This document shows positions 20,486 through 31,622 of a stretch of DNA of 64,000 nucleotides, in pieces. Positions within the stretch are counted from its first letter, which is position 1; each line of letters opens with the position of its first letter. A program made the position numbers and the translations under genes. The DNA is from an uncultured Planctomycetota bacterium (GTDB lineage: Bacteria; Planctomycetota; Planctomycetia; Isosphaerales; Isosphaeraceae), in the NCBI GenBank assembly GCA_963823665.1, contig CAWGMQ010000008.1, forward strand, positions 1,280,001 to 1,344,000. The letters run 5' to 3'. The notes below the pieces were generated by a model. That model worked only from the letters and a program-made list of their open reading frames with translations. It did no database searches and was not told the DNA's origin.

Positions 20486-22855
20486 ATGGCACGAGTAAGA
20501 CGATTTTGGCCGTCCGCGCAATTGTTGGTCTTCGCAGTCTTGGGGCTGGCTTCGGTCGAGACGCCGGCGCTAGCCCAGCAGGGTGCGGCGAAGGTGGAAA
20601 AGACGGCCACAAAGGGCGTAGGAGGTCAACCGCAAGGGCAGAGGCTGGGCGCGTTCACGCCCGCAGCCGCGCCTGCCATCAAGCTCAAGGAGCCGGTTGA
20701 ATTCCGGGTTTACCAGCGGAATGCGAACGGCAAGGCGGACATTCCGTTCGTGCTCGACGATTCCGTGAAGGACGGCAAGGTTTTGAGTGCGAGCATCATG
20801 GCGGGAAGCGGGAGCAACCGGAGCGCTTTCAACCGGGCCGAGTCCAAGCTGGCTGGGGTTCCGACAGGCGGACCATACCAGATCGTCTGCGTTGTGAAGC
20901 AGGGCGACAAGGTGGAAACGGCCGTTCCGGTGGCCAACGTGTACGTGGGCGACCTCTGGGTGCTGGCGGGCCAGTCGAACATGGAGGGCGTCGGCGACCT
21001 GGTCGACGTGACGCCGCCCAATCCACGAGTGATGCTCATGGGAATGGACGGCCGCTGGGGGATCGCCGAAGAACCCTTGCACTGGCTGGTGGACTCGCCG
21101 GACCCTGTCCATTCGGGCAACGCGGCGGACCGCGCGGCGCGGGCGGCGCAAACGCACAAGAACCGTTCGAAGGGCGCCGGCGTAGGCTTACCGTTCGGGG
21201 TGATGATGACCGAGGCGACCGGCGTGCCGATTGGACTGGTCGCCTGCGCCCATGGCGGGACCAGCATGGAGCAGTGGAATCCCTCCAAGAAAGAGCAGGG
21301 GGGCAATAGCCTTTACGGCTCGATGATACGGCAGGTCAAAGAGGCCGGCGGCAAGGTGCGCGGGGTGCTCTGGTATCAGGGTGAAAGCGACGCGCTCGGG
21401 CAAGGCGAAGCATGGAAGGCTTATCCCCGTGTGTTCGCCGATTTCATCGCGGCCGTACGGTCCGATTTCGGGCAGCCGGAGCTGCCGTTTTACTACGTGC
21501 AGATCGGGCGGTTCATCTCGGGAGCAAATCCCAAGGGCTGGAACGCCATTCAGGATGCACAGCGCACGCTGCCTGAGCGGGTGCCCAATACGGGTGTTGT
21601 CTCGGTGATCGATCTCGAGCTCGACGACCTCATCCACGTGGGAACCCAAGGGCTGAAGCGAGCCGGCCAGCGGCTGGCCCGGCTGGCGCTGCGAGAGCAG
21701 TTCGGACAGATCGGGGCGATGACGCCGACGCTTGACCGCGTCACGCAAGGACCGCACAACACGCTGGTGCTCAAATTCAAAGGTGTGAACATGAGCGCCT
21801 CTATAAATCATCGAATGGGGCAAGGGCAAGGGATGGGGATGAGCTTCGGCGGCACGAACAGCCCCGGAGAGGCTGCGAGTGCGGGACTGAAGCCCGAGCG
21901 ACACATCGGCGGCTTCTCGATCCGCAAAGCAGATGGAACCGAAATCCCGCTCATCTTCGAGGCGGCCGTCGGCAAGGCGCGGGACTCGGTGATCCTGAAG
22001 CTCACCGGGCCCGTGCCCGCGGGTGCATTGCTGTGGTACGGCCACGGGCTTGATCCTCTGTGCAATCTGACCGATGGCCTGGACATGGCTGTGCCGGTTT
22101 TCGGGCCGATCGGCCTCGATGAAATCGCGCCGGCCGGTGCGCATGCCAGCAACGGAGCGGTCAAGGTGCTGGTCATCACGGGCGACACGGTCTCTGCTCA
22201 CAACTGGAAGGCTACAACGGCCGAGCTAACGAAGATTCTCGAGAAGGACGACAAGGCCAAGGTTACCGTGACCACCACGCCAGCCAAGGACCTGACCGAT
22301 CAAAACCTGGCCAAGTACGACGTCCTGCTGCTGAATTACTTCAACACGGCTGCAGGCGGGCCGGATACAAAGTGGTCCGATGCCAACAAGGAATCGTTTC
22401 TGAAGGCGGTGCGGGACGGAAAGGGTCTGGTCGTTTTCCATCATGCATCGGGCGCGTTCGCAAACCCCAACTGGGACGAATTTGAGAAAGCGGTTGCCGG
22501 CGGCTGGCGATCCAAGGGCAATCACGGGCCACCGCATGTCTTCAACGTCAAGAAGACCGAAACCAAGCACCCGATCTCGGACGGGTTGCCGGCGCAGTTC
22601 GAGCACAAGATTGACGAGCTCTATCAGAATTCCGTGATGGTACCGGGCAACATCGTGCTTGCGACGGCGTATTCGGACCCACAAAAAACTAAAGGAACGG
22701 GCAAGGATGAGGCGGTAATCTGGGTGAACACGTACGGGAAAGGGCGGGTGTATGAAAACTCGATGGGGCACGACGTCGAGGCGCTGTCCGACCCGCAGCT
22801 TCAGGAGTGGCTGCGGCGGGGAGTGATCTGGGCCGGCGGGGGGAAGCTGGATTGA
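20486..22855 (+). CDS. sialate O-acetylesterase (SASA/SGNH) domain fused to ThuA-like domain
   Basis: Signal peptide; LAGQSNM, AHGGTS, LWYQGESD, DLIH; C-terminal ThuA (DELY, YGKGRVY..MGHD). Confidence 0.9.
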   Translation: MARVRRFWPSAQLLVFAVLGLASVETPALAQQGAAKVEKTATKGVGGQPQGQRLGAFTPAAAPAIKLKEPVEFRVYQRNANGKADIPFVLDDSVKDGKVLSASIMAGSGSNRSAFNRAESKLAGVPTGGPYQIVCVVKQGDKVETAVPVANVYVGDLWVLAGQSNMEGVGDLVDVTPPNPRVMLMGMDGRWGIAEEPLHWLVDSPDPVHSGNAADRAARAAQTHKNRSKGAGVGLPFGVMMTEATGVPIGLVACAHGGTSMEQWNPSKKEQGGNSLYGSMIRQVKEAGGKVRGVLWYQGESDALGQGEAWKAYPRVFADFIAAVRSDFGQPELPFYYVQIGRFISGANPKGWNAIQDAQRTLPERVPNTGVVSVIDLELDDLIHVGTQGLKRAGQRLARLALREQFGQIGAMTPTLDRVTQGPHNTLVLKFKGVNMSASINHRMGQGQGMGMSFGGTNSPGEAASAGLKPERHIGGFSIRKADGTEIPLIFEAAVGKARDSVILKLTGPVPAGALLWYGHGLDPLCNLTDGLDMAVPVFGPIGLDEIAPAGAHASNGAVKVLVITGDTVSAHNWKATTAELTKILEKDDKAKVTVTTTPAKDLTDQNLAKYDVLLLNYFNTAAGGPDTKWSDANKESFLKAVRDGKGLVVFHHASGAFANPNWDEFEKAVAGGWRSKGNHGPPHVFNVKKTETKHPISDGLPAQFEHKIDELYQNSVMVPGNIVLATAYSDPQKTKGTGKDEAVIWVNTYGKGRVYENSMGHDVEALSDPQLQEWLRRGVIWAGGGKLD

Positions 22856-23735
22856 GCCGCGCGAGCGCGCCGTGTTAGTGTTGCGGATTAGCGGAACCTG
22901 CACTTTTATCCGAGGAGCAATTGCCGCCATGTTGCATCCACGAGTGTTTTCGCCTTTCATCGGCTGCGCCTTGGTCGCGGCTTTCGGACTGGCTGCGAGT
23001 GAACCCGCCGCACGCGCGGTGTCCGGTCAGGATGGCGCGCCGGTCAAGGTGCTGATCATCACCGGCGACCATGGCCATGCCTGGAAGGAAACCACCGAGC
23101 GGCTCAGCGACGTTCTGAATGCGGGGGGAAAGATCAAGGTGGACGTGACGATCACGCCCTCCAAAGATCTGACGGATGACAACCTCTCGAAATATGACGT
23201 GCTCCTGCTCAATTACAAAGATACGCCGAAAGGCGCGCCGGAATCGCGCTGGTCCGAAGAGAACAAACAGGCTTTCCTCAAGGCCGTGCGCGACGGGAAG
23301 GGGCTGGTGCTGTTCCATCACGCCTCGAGTGCCTTTATCAAGCCCAACTGGGATGAGTTTGAAAAGGCCATCGGCGGCGGCTGGCGGTCTCAGGGAAACC
23401 ACGGTCCGAAGCACGTCTTCACGGTGAAGAAGACCGACGCGAAGCACCCCATCTCTGAGGGGCTGCCGTCGCAGTTCGAACACAAGATCGACGAGCTGTA
23501 TCAGAATTCGGTGATGGTACCCGGGAACGTCGTGCTGGCGACGGCGTATTCCGACCCAGCAAAACAGAAAGGGACGGGCAAGGACGAGCCGGTGATCTGG
23601 GTGAATAGCTACGGCAAGGGCCGCGTCTATGAGAACGTGCTGGGCCATGATGTCGAAGCGATGTCTGACCCGCAGTTTCAGGAGTGGATGCGGAGGGGTG
23701 TGATCTGGGCCGGCGGCGGGAAGCTCGATTGAGCG
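22158..23735 (+). repeat. tandem duplication of the ThuA domain (about 22158-22858 vs 23041-23735)
   Basis: Long near-identical DNA stretches, e.g. CAGTTCGA.CACAAGAT.GACGAGCT.TATCAGAATTC.GTGATGGTACC; both encode WAGGGKLD* at the end. Confidence 0.9.
22929..23732 (+). CDS. secreted ThuA-like domain protein
   Basis: Signal peptide; KVLIITGDHGHAW, DELY, GKGRVYENVLGHD. Confidence 0.92.
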   Translation: MLHPRVFSPFIGCALVAAFGLAASEPAARAVSGQDGAPVKVLIITGDHGHAWKETTERLSDVLNAGGKIKVDVTITPSKDLTDDNLSKYDVLLLNYKDTPKGAPESRWSEENKQAFLKAVRDGKGLVLFHHASSAFIKPNWDEFEKAIGGGWRSQGNHGPKHVFTVKKTDAKHPISEGLPSQFEHKIDELYQNSVMVPGNVVLATAYSDPAKQKGTGKDEPVIWVNSYGKGRVYENVLGHDVEAMSDPQFQEWMRRGVIWAGGGKLD

Positions 23736-23746
23736 GTGAGAGGGCG

Positions 23747-24087
23747 ATGTCTCTTCTTCCTCACGGACAGCGTGACTATAGCACGGTGCGGCTCTCGCGG
23801 CATGCGCTCGAGCGGTTCGTCGAGCGGTTTGCCGCGGAGCCCGGCGTGGCCGCCAATGAGATTCGCGGGGCGCTGCGCGCACCCGCCGGTTGGGCCGCAA
23901 CCCGCAGAACGGGGCGATCGCTGTGCTGGGGCTTTACCGGAATCAGGTTCTGGTCGCGATCGTGCAAAAGGCGACCTGCATGACCGTCTTGACCTGGAAC
24001 CAGTTCCTGCCTCGACTCGCGGACTTCGGCCGGGGGAAGCTGCCGCGGAAGTGGGGGCGAGTGCTGCGCAGGCTGAGCGAGAACTAA
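23747..24087 (+). CDS. small hypothetical protein (frameshift near 23878)
   Basis: Joined: MSLLPHGQRDYSTVRLSRHALERFVER..LGRNPQNGAIAVLG..MTVLTWNQF. Confidence 0.7.
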
Positions 24088-24137
24088 TCCCTTCGCGCAG
24101 CGAAGGGCGACATTGGAGCGGAACACCCTCGGGAAGA

Positions 24138-26227
24138 CTAAGTCGAGTACGTTCCGTAGATGTTATTATTCGAGGTCGTGGCGGCGTTCAGTACAACCAG
24201 CGTCGTGCCCGAGAGTATCGTCGTCGCGCCGGTGGTCAGAAAGAGGCCGCCGCCGACTCCCTGGCCGCCGCCAGCGCCGCCCTTGGCCAGGTTCAGTGTG
24301 ACCAGGGTGTCGTTCAGCGTCATGGTTCCGGAAGAATAAACGCCGCCGCCGAGAGCGAGGCCGCCGCCTGCGCCACCGAGCGCCTCGTTGCCGATGATCG
24401 CCGAATCGGTGACGGTCATAGAACCACCGTTATTGATGCCGCCCCCTATGGCAGCGCTCGGTAATGCACCATCCGTCGCGGCACCGCCGATGGCCTCGTT
24501 GGAGGCGACCGTGGAATCGGTGAGCGTGAGGAGGCGCCCAATGCTCTCGATGGCCCCGCCGATGCCCACGCCAGCCTGGTTTCCCACCCCCGAAGCGCCG
24601 GAACCCACCGCCTGATTGTCCATCAAGATGGTGTCGTCGAGCGTCCCCGAGCTCGTGAGCAGAAAAATCGCCCCACCCAGCGCGCTACCGCCTTGCGCGC
24701 CGCCGATCGCACTGTTGCTTATCAGCAGGCTGTTCGTCAGGCCGAGGGAGCCACCTTGATCCTGGATCGCACCGCCCTCTCCGAAACCGCCGCCCGGACC
24801 GCCAACGGCCTGGTTCGCGATGAATGTGCCGCTGTTCACCGTCATCGGACCGTCGCCGAAGAGACGCCCCCTTCGGCAGATCCTCCCGTCGACGATGCGG
24901 ACGCCGGAACGATCGCCATGTTTCCTCGGAACGTGCTACTGCTGATGGTGGCCTGATTTCCGAAGAGCGTCTGCACAGCCACTGCGCCTCCCTGCACCTC
25001 GAAGCCGCCGCTGGCCAAATTATCGGTGAAGGACGATCCGGTCACAGTGAGGTTGGTGCCGGGATCGACATAGACGGCCCCACCCGTGGCCTGAGCGGAC
25101 GCAGCCGTTCCAACGGCCGAATTGCCCGCGAACGTGCAATTCGAGATAACCAAGCTGCCGGCGGGATGTATGCCGTTGTTCGTCGTGTAGATGGCTCCTC
25201 CCAGAGAAAAGCCGTTCGGGCCGCCCGCCAAGGCAGTGTTGCCCTTGAACAGGCTGCCAGAGACGTTCAATGAGAACGCGCCGAAAGCAGAGATCGCGCC
25301 GCCATAGGCCAACGACGTGGAACTGCCGCCGTCGGTGTTATTCGAAAACGTGCTGCCGGTGATCGTCGCGGCGCTGAATTGCAATTCCAGGCCGCCGCCG
25401 GAATAGCCGGTATTATTGCTGATGGTGCTGCCGGTGATGGTCAACGCCGTCGGGCCGAACAAGTAACTGGAGACAATCCCCCCGCCGTTGGCGCCGGAGT
25501 TGTTGCTCACCACACTGCCCGTGATCGTCGCCGTGCCGAGGTTGTTGATTCCACCGCCAAAGCCGTTGGTCGGCGCCGCGGTGTTACCGGTGATCGTGCT
25601 GCCGCTGACCGCAAGCACTCCAAAGGGATTGTTGGAAATACCACCGCCGTAGAAGCCCGTATTATCGGATACGACGCTGTTGTTTACCGTCAAGCTGCCG
25701 TTGTTGTTGATGCCGCCTCCGTTAAACGCGGTCGAATTGCCGGTGACCACACAGTTGGCGACTGTCAGGGCGCCGTAGTTGTTGATGCCGCCACCGCCGT
25801 ATGAGCTTGCCGGCACCTGCCCCCCCGTGAACGTAAGGCCCGAGATGGTGGCCGTCACGTTGGCATCGACTGCAAGGTCCTCGAATGCGTTGTCTCCGTT
25901 GATCGTCACCTTCTTCGGCCCCGGTCCCTGGATTGTCACGCTCGTAGCGACCTCGAGCGGCCCACTGCTGAGCGTGATCGTTCCATACGCCGACGGAGCG
26001 AAGTTGATTGTTTCACCGGCGACCGCCGCGCCGAGCGCGGCTCGCAGCGAGCCGGCGCTGCTGTCGCTGTCGTTGGTCACCGTGATCGTGCTCAACAACG
26101 TACGGGCTTCGAGAGCGGCCACCTCCGGCAGGCAATGCACGCTTGCCTTGCGCGGACGTCGTCGTCGACTTCGATGCAAGGCGCCCAACCAGCCAGGTCT
26201 CGAGGAATTCATGGTGTACGCCAACAT
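24138..26227 (-). CDS. extracellular beta-helix protein with Pmp-like GGAI repeats and LEAR-TLLS signal (frameshift near 24865)
   Basis: AALEARTLLSTITVTN.SD..GSLRAA; many GGGI.N/GGAI and F..N.A repeats. Confidence 0.88.
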
Positions 26228-26470
26228 GGTGATGATTCCTTTAAACAGGGAAAGAGCTTGGCCGACCGCCTTGGATCGAACGCATGGTCCGGAAGACCGT
26301 GGCCACTGCTGAAACCCGTCCTACAACGTAGGCGCCGGCCTGGCGGATTCTGGGCGCGCAGCGATCTTATTTTTCACGATCCTGCGCCGGAACCCCTTGG
26401 GCAGGTCTCGCCGGGGGCAAGGGCAAACACGGTGAGCGACGATTGCGACTGGGCCGGCCCGTCGTGACGC

Positions 26471-29155
26471 TCACACTTCGGCTTCCGCCGGTGCGACGGG
26501 GATCGACTTGGGGGCGAAACCCAGGATGACGCGGCAGGGGGCGTGCTCGAGGACGTAGCGGGTGTTCGAAGCGAAGGCGGTGGTGTCGCCGCGGCGGTAA
26601 ACACCGCGGAGGCTCATGAAGATGGCGTCGAACTTGCCGTCGATCGCGGTGCGGACGATCTCGGGCCCGGCCTCGCCGCGCGCGACTCGCCATTCGACCT
26701 GGCGACCGAGCGCTCGGGCACGCTCGGCGGCACGCTCGGCAACCGCCTTGGCTTCGTCGATCGAGTCGTGACCATCCTTCGATCCCTCCTCGGCGACGTC
26801 CATGAGCGTGACCGAGATGGCCGGGTCGAGGAAGCTCATCACCGTGTCGAGAAAATCGACGGAGAGCGGGCTGCCGTCGTAGGCCAGGAGCAGCCGCTCG
26901 ACCCCGTGCCAGCTCTTGCGAAGATCGGAGAGGATGCGGGCGGTTTCGGCCGGCAGCACGCCGACCTTGGGGATCATGCTGCCGCCCGCGATGTCCAGCC
27001 GAACGTCGCGGTCCTTGGCGAGCACACGGATCGAGAGCGGCTCGGGCTTGGCGCCGCACACGTTGAACCAGTAAAGCGCCACCTGGTCGAGCTGATCTTC
27101 GGGACGATACTTGTTGGACTGGCCCATGATCAATTCCTGGGCGCCGATTGTCTTGGCCGTGCGTGCCATGGCGAAGAACGGCTCGTTGGTGGGCACGATC
27201 ACCGGCTTGACCGGCTTGCCGGCGTGCTCGGCCAGGTTAACGACGGCCGTCAGAAGCTGGCGGTCGCGGACGGTGATCGACGGGTCCAGATCGCCCGAGC
27301 CGAGGGGGAGCACTGTTGCGGTCATCACCACGACGTCGGTCGTCTCGGGATCGGTCTCATCCAGGCAGCGCTCGAGCATCGCCAGGTTGAACGGCGACCG
27401 GATCGCCACGAGCTTGCGATAGGGCATGGTCACGGCTAGCGATTCGACGGAAAGCTGCTCGGCCTGCCTCTGGATGAACTGTTCGAGATGCTCGTGCTGC
27501 GATGCGGCGGCTTTGCCCACGCGGCGGCGATGCGCATGCTCGCTGAACCAGAAAACGGCAAAGAAACCGGCGGTGAATACCACGCCGGTGATCGTGGCAA
27601 CCTCTTTGGTGAGCAGATTGGCGATGGCCACGACCGCCAGGACGAGAAAGATCAGCGTCATGCCGACGGGGATGTCGAAGCGACCGACGCGGAAGTTGAA
27701 CGGCACCTCGTATTCGCGATGCTCGGGCCGCTTGAAGCGGAGGATGAGCATCGAGAGCGACATGAAAACGAAGCTCCAGATGACACCGAAGGCGTAGGCC
27801 TCGCCCAGAGCCAGCACGTCGCCGCGGCTGCAAACGATGGTGACGATTTGCAGCACCACGACCAGGTTGATCATGCGAGACGACGTTCCAAACCTGGGAT
27901 GCGGCTTCAAGAACCAATCGGGGAGCACGCCGTCCTCGGAGACGCGGTTGAGCACGCCGTTGGAGCCGACGATCGCGGTATTCACTGCGCCGGAGAGGAT
28001 CAGGAAGCCCACCACAACCACGATGCTGTTCAATATGAGGCGGGCCCACATCGGGCCGACGACGTTCATTGCGAGGCCGCCGATCAGGTTGTCGCTGTAT
28101 CGCGACATCCGCACGCCATCAGGGATGATCATCACCGCGAAGAAGCTGATGAGCGACGTGAAGAGCAGGCTGTAGAGGAAAACAACGAGCGCAGCGCGCT
28201 TGAAGTTTTTGAGCTTGGGGCTTTCAACCTCGCGATAGACCTGGGCAAGCGTCTCCTCGCCGCTCATCGCCAGGATCGAGTGGCCGAAGGAGAGCATGAT
28301 GCCAATCACCCCGAGCAAGCTCAGCCAGGAGCCGCGGAAGTTCTCCGGGCGCAGTGAATGACCGAGCGACGTCTCGCCCATGAAGCCGAGAGGGTCAACC
28401 TGCTTGCCGAAGGGGTCGAGGAGAGGCTTGCCGTCGACGCCGACCTTTTTGGAAAGCTCAGGGGTAGTGGGCGGGAGAGTGTGTTTTCCAGGTACAACGG
28501 CGATCGTGATCAGGCACCAGACGATCATGACGACGCCCATGACGGTTGTCGCCATCATGATTTTCAAGGCGCGGTCGCTGGACTCGTGGATTCCCTTGAT
28601 GTTCACCCGCCAGAAGTAAGCCGTAACCAGGATGGCAATCGCCGAGGAGAGCACGTTCTTGTAGCTGAGGAGCACACTATTCTGGCCCAGCTCGAAGAGG
28701 TCGTTGATGAGACCGATGATGTATTGACCGGCCGTGACGGAGCTGACCGGGCCGGTGAGGATGAAGTCGAACAGAAGAGCCGAGACGGCCAGCCGCGCGA
28801 GGCCGCCGCCCATGGCCTCCTTGACGATCCGGTACACGCCGCCGCGGACGAACATGGCGCAGCTTTCGATGTAGATGCTGCGCACCGTGTAGCTGAAAAG
28901 CATGACGGCCAGGATGAACCAGGGGGCGGCGCGGCCGATCTGGGACTCGACGATGCCGCCGATATAGTAAGCCGTGCTGGCAAGGTCGCAGAGGACGATG
29001 GCGGCTGTGCGCCAGAACGAGATGAACGTGAACATGACGCTCGTGACGACGAGCACCTGGCCGGGCGTGGGGCCCTTTCTCTTGGGCGTGGGTGAGGCGG
29101 CGAGGACCGCTTGAGCCGGTGCGGTCGGGTCGGAGGCAGGCGGATCGTCGGCCAT
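26471..29155 (-). CDS. APC-family permease with C-terminal universal-stress-protein-like domains
   Basis: About 12 TM helices; LAMSGEET; C-terminal RLLLAYDGSP..GEAGPEIV..YVLEHAPCRV. Confidence 0.9.
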   Translation of the reverse strand: MADDPPASDPTAPAQAVLAASPTPKRKGPTPGQVLVVTSVMFTFISFWRTAAIVLCDLASTAYYIGGIVESQIGRAAPWFILAVMLFSYTVRSIYIESCAMFVRGGVYRIVKEAMGGGLARLAVSALLFDFILTGPVSSVTAGQYIIGLINDLFELGQNSVLLSYKNVLSSAIAILVTAYFWRVNIKGIHESSDRALKIMMATTVMGVVMIVWCLITIAVVPGKHTLPPTTPELSKKVGVDGKPLLDPFGKQVDPLGFMGETSLGHSLRPENFRGSWLSLLGVIGIMLSFGHSILAMSGEETLAQVYREVESPKLKNFKRAALVVFLYSLLFTSLISFFAVMIIPDGVRMSRYSDNLIGGLAMNVVGPMWARLILNSIVVVVGFLILSGAVNTAIVGSNGVLNRVSEDGVLPDWFLKPHPRFGTSSRMINLVVVLQIVTIVCSRGDVLALGEAYAFGVIWSFVFMSLSMLILRFKRPEHREYEVPFNFRVGRFDIPVGMTLIFLVLAVVAIANLLTKEVATITGVVFTAGFFAVFWFSEHAHRRRVGKAAASQHEHLEQFIQRQAEQLSVESLAVTMPYRKLVAIRSPFNLAMLERCLDETDPETTDVVVMTATVLPLGSGDLDPSITVRDRQLLTAVVNLAEHAGKPVKPVIVPTNEPFFAMARTAKTIGAQELIMGQSNKYRPEDQLDQVALYWFNVCGAKPEPLSIRVLAKDRDVRLDIAGGSMIPKVGVLPAETARILSDLRKSWHGVERLLLAYDGSPLSVDFLDTVMSFLDPAISVTLMDVAEEGSKDGHDSIDEAKAVAERAAERARALGRQVEWRVARGEAGPEIVRTAIDGKFDAIFMSLRGVYRRGDTTAFASNTRYVLEHAPCRVILGFAPKSIPVAPAEAEV

Positions 29156-29207
29156 CAGCGAGTTTTGTCCGGGAGAGTCGCTCGGCGTGCGCCGGGCAAG
29201 TGGGCGA

Positions 29208-29750
29208 TTACAACGGAGTTACAGCGCGGTCGTCAAGAGGGGATGGGCGTTCTTCGACGCTCGCCGCGCTGCGGACCGGCGCGGCGGGCCTGCGGCTGGT
29301 GATCCAACCGCCAGCCCAGATGACCGCCAGACCGAAGAGGTCGAGCAGGACAATTTCAATTTGCCAGGCCGAGGTTGCGCCGAGCCGGAGGACGGTTGAC
29401 GCGGCGTCCGACGGGTCTGATCGCTCAGCAGCCAGATTGGCCAGGAATCGAGAGAACGCATTGCCCATGAACCCGGTTGGCCCGGGATTGACCGTCACCA
29501 CGTGATAGCCCACGAGCAGGAAGAGCGCAGTCATGCCGCCGCAGAGCATTCCGTTGATCCGACCCGCTGACGATCGGGGAAGCCACCGTAGCGCGTTCAG
29601 GACCGCCAGGTTTAACGAAATGATTCCCATTGTGACCGGCGGAAACACCAGAATGAGCCAGAGGAAGCGCCGGAGCAAAGCCATTTCGACGGCGAAGAGC
29701 GCGATGAAAGCCATGAGGCGGCCGATCAAGAGGCGAGGCAGGGATCGCAT
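29208..29750 (-). CDS. hypothetical membrane protein
   Basis: Four hydrophobic segments; RLLIGRLMAFIA N-terminus. Confidence 0.65.
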   Translation of the reverse strand: MRSLPRLLIGRLMAFIALFAVEMALLRRFLWLILVFPPVTMGIISLNLAVLNALRWLPRSSAGRINGMLCGGMTALFLLVGYHVVTVNPGPTGFMGNAFSRFLANLAAERSDPSDAASTVLRLGATSAWQIEIVLLDLFGLAVIWAGGWITSRRPAAPVRSAASVEERPSPLDDRAVTPL

Positions 29751-29810
29751 GGCGAGATTCTCAATCTTTGCATGGCGCTCTGGTGGGTCCGGCGCTCTTG
29801 AGACGCTTGC

Positions 29811-30854
29811 TCAGGCAGGCTCACTCTGCGGTTGCGAGAGCCGGCGGGCGACCTCGGCGGCGATGGCGTCGGTGAAGGTATCGGTGGATTCGTTGCCGCC
29901 CAAATCGCGGGTGCGCACTCCCTGGCGAAGGAGGTCGAGCGTGGCGTTCTTCACGGCCTGGCCGATGGCGATCTCGCCGAGCTGGTAGAGCAAGAGGGAA
30001 AGGGCCAGGAAGATGGCTGTGGGGTTTGCGAGGTTCTTGCCGGCGATATCGGGGGCTGTGCCGTGGGCGGCGTCGAAGAGCGCGACGCGGACGACCGCGG
30101 CGGCGTCAAAGCCGAGATTGGCACTGGCGCCGATTCCCAGCGATCCCGCCAGACCGCAGGCCATGTCCGACAGGAAATCGCCATACTCGTTCAATACCAG
30201 CACGATCTGAAATTTCTCCGGGTTCATGATGATCTTGCCCAGAAGTGCGTCGAAGAGCTCGACGGTATGGGTAACCTCGGGAAACTGGCCGGCGACTTCG
30301 AGGGCGACCTGCTCGAAGAGGCCATCGGTTGCCTTCTGGATCGTGTATTTCGAGGAGCTGGTGACCTTTTTCCCGGTCTTTCTGGCGAGGTTGAAGGCGT
30401 AACGGGCGGCCTCGCGCACGGGCCCGCGCTCGACGATGCGGAGGCTGACGGCCCCATCAAGGCCGATCATGCGGCCGGGGTCGTCGTAGGTTCCGCCGGT
30501 GGCGATGCGGACGATGTCCACGTCGAGCTCGGGGCGAAAATTGGTCGGCACGCCGGGAATGGTGTAAACCGGGCGATGGATGACGGAGAGCTCGAGCCGG
30601 CGCCTGAGGATGGCGTTGGGGCTTTCTTCGGCGGTCGTGGTCGGGTGTTTAAGCGCCACCCGGGTGGCGACGATCTTTGCGACGGCTTCGTCGTAAATCG
30701 ATTTTCCGCTTCGCCTTCGGTTTTCAAGGGAGAAGTCGACGGGAATGAAATCGAGATCGATCGGCAGTGCGCCAGCCAGACGATGGATGGCCCGCGAGAG
30801 CTCGGGACCGATGCCGTCGCCCAGAAGCTCGGTCACCTGGTAAGAAGGACGCAT
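29811..30854 (-). CDS. isocitrate/isopropylmalate dehydrogenase family protein
   Basis: LLGDGIGPE, NEYGDFLSD, HGTAPDIAGKNLANP, TRDLGG. Confidence 0.95.
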   Translation of the reverse strand: MRPSYQVTELLGDGIGPELSRAIHRLAGALPIDLDFIPVDFSLENRRRSGKSIYDEAVAKIVATRVALKHPTTTAEESPNAILRRRLELSVIHRPVYTIPGVPTNFRPELDVDIVRIATGGTYDDPGRMIGLDGAVSLRIVERGPVREAARYAFNLARKTGKKVTSSSKYTIQKATDGLFEQVALEVAGQFPEVTHTVELFDALLGKIIMNPEKFQIVLVLNEYGDFLSDMACGLAGSLGIGASANLGFDAAAVVRVALFDAAHGTAPDIAGKNLANPTAIFLALSLLLYQLGEIAIGQAVKNATLDLLRQGVRTRDLGGNESTDTFTDAIAAEVARRLSQPQSEPA

Positions 30855-31088
30855 GTAGCGCGCGGTCTCCACTGCGGGAGCTAGTTTTTTGATTCGGGTG
30901 CGGGAAGGCCGGGGGGCAAGCGGCCCGAAAAGTGCACTGATTGTACGGGCCGGTCCGCAAATACGTCAAACTTGGTGCAACCCGTAGCGAAGTCGAACGG
31001 GTCGCTTGGCAGCAGGTCTCAGCGGGAGGTATATTAAGTTGAATTGCGCCGTGATCGATACCTCCGACCTCGGGCCCGGAGTGGTGTG

Positions 31089-31622
31089 ATGTCCACCGCG
31101 GGAAAAGTTCTGATTGTGCTGGTGATGCTTGTCACCATCGTCTGGGTGCTGTTGAGCGCGGGCTTGTCGCGGATCAACACGAATCACAACACGCGCGTCC
31201 ACGAGCTGGCGACGCAAGTGGAAAAGCTTCAAGGCGAAGTGAAGGAGACGCAGGAACAGATCGCATCCGTGCTTGTCCAAGCCCAGCAGGCACAAGAGAA
31301 GATCGACCGCGAGCGCACGGTGCTCCGGTCGAAGCAATCGGATCTGGAGCGAGCGAGGTCGCAGGTGGCACATGACCTCGCGTCCGTGAAATACGAACTG
31401 GAAATTGTGGAAGGGACGGCCAAAGGAGCTCAAAACGAGCTGGATAGCCGGACGACGGAACACGAGGAAGAGACGAAGTCGCTCGAGAAGCAGCGAGCCG
31501 ATGTTCAGGCGTTGATGGCCCAATGCAGCAAGCAGCGGGATCAACTGGCATCGCTTCGCAAGGAATTCCTCGCCACGTACCACACCAATATAGAGATGCG
31601 CGGCAAGGCCGCGAGCAAGTGA
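31089..31622 (+). CDS. membrane-anchored coiled-coil protein
   Basis: MSTAGKVLIVLV TM helix followed by a heptad-rich helix. Confidence 0.75.
   Translation: MSTAGKVLIVLVMLVTIVWVLLSAGLSRINTNHNTRVHELATQVEKLQGEVKETQEQIASVLVQAQQAQEKIDRERTVLRSKQSDLERARSQVAHDLASVKYELEIVEGTAKGAQNELDSRTTEHEEETKSLEKQRADVQALMAQCSKQRDQLASLRKEFLATYHTNIEMRGKAASK

Noticed and set aside
26415..26460. GGGCAAACAC motif resembling a riboswitch start
   Set aside because: Wrong strand relative to the downstream gene and no matching second stem
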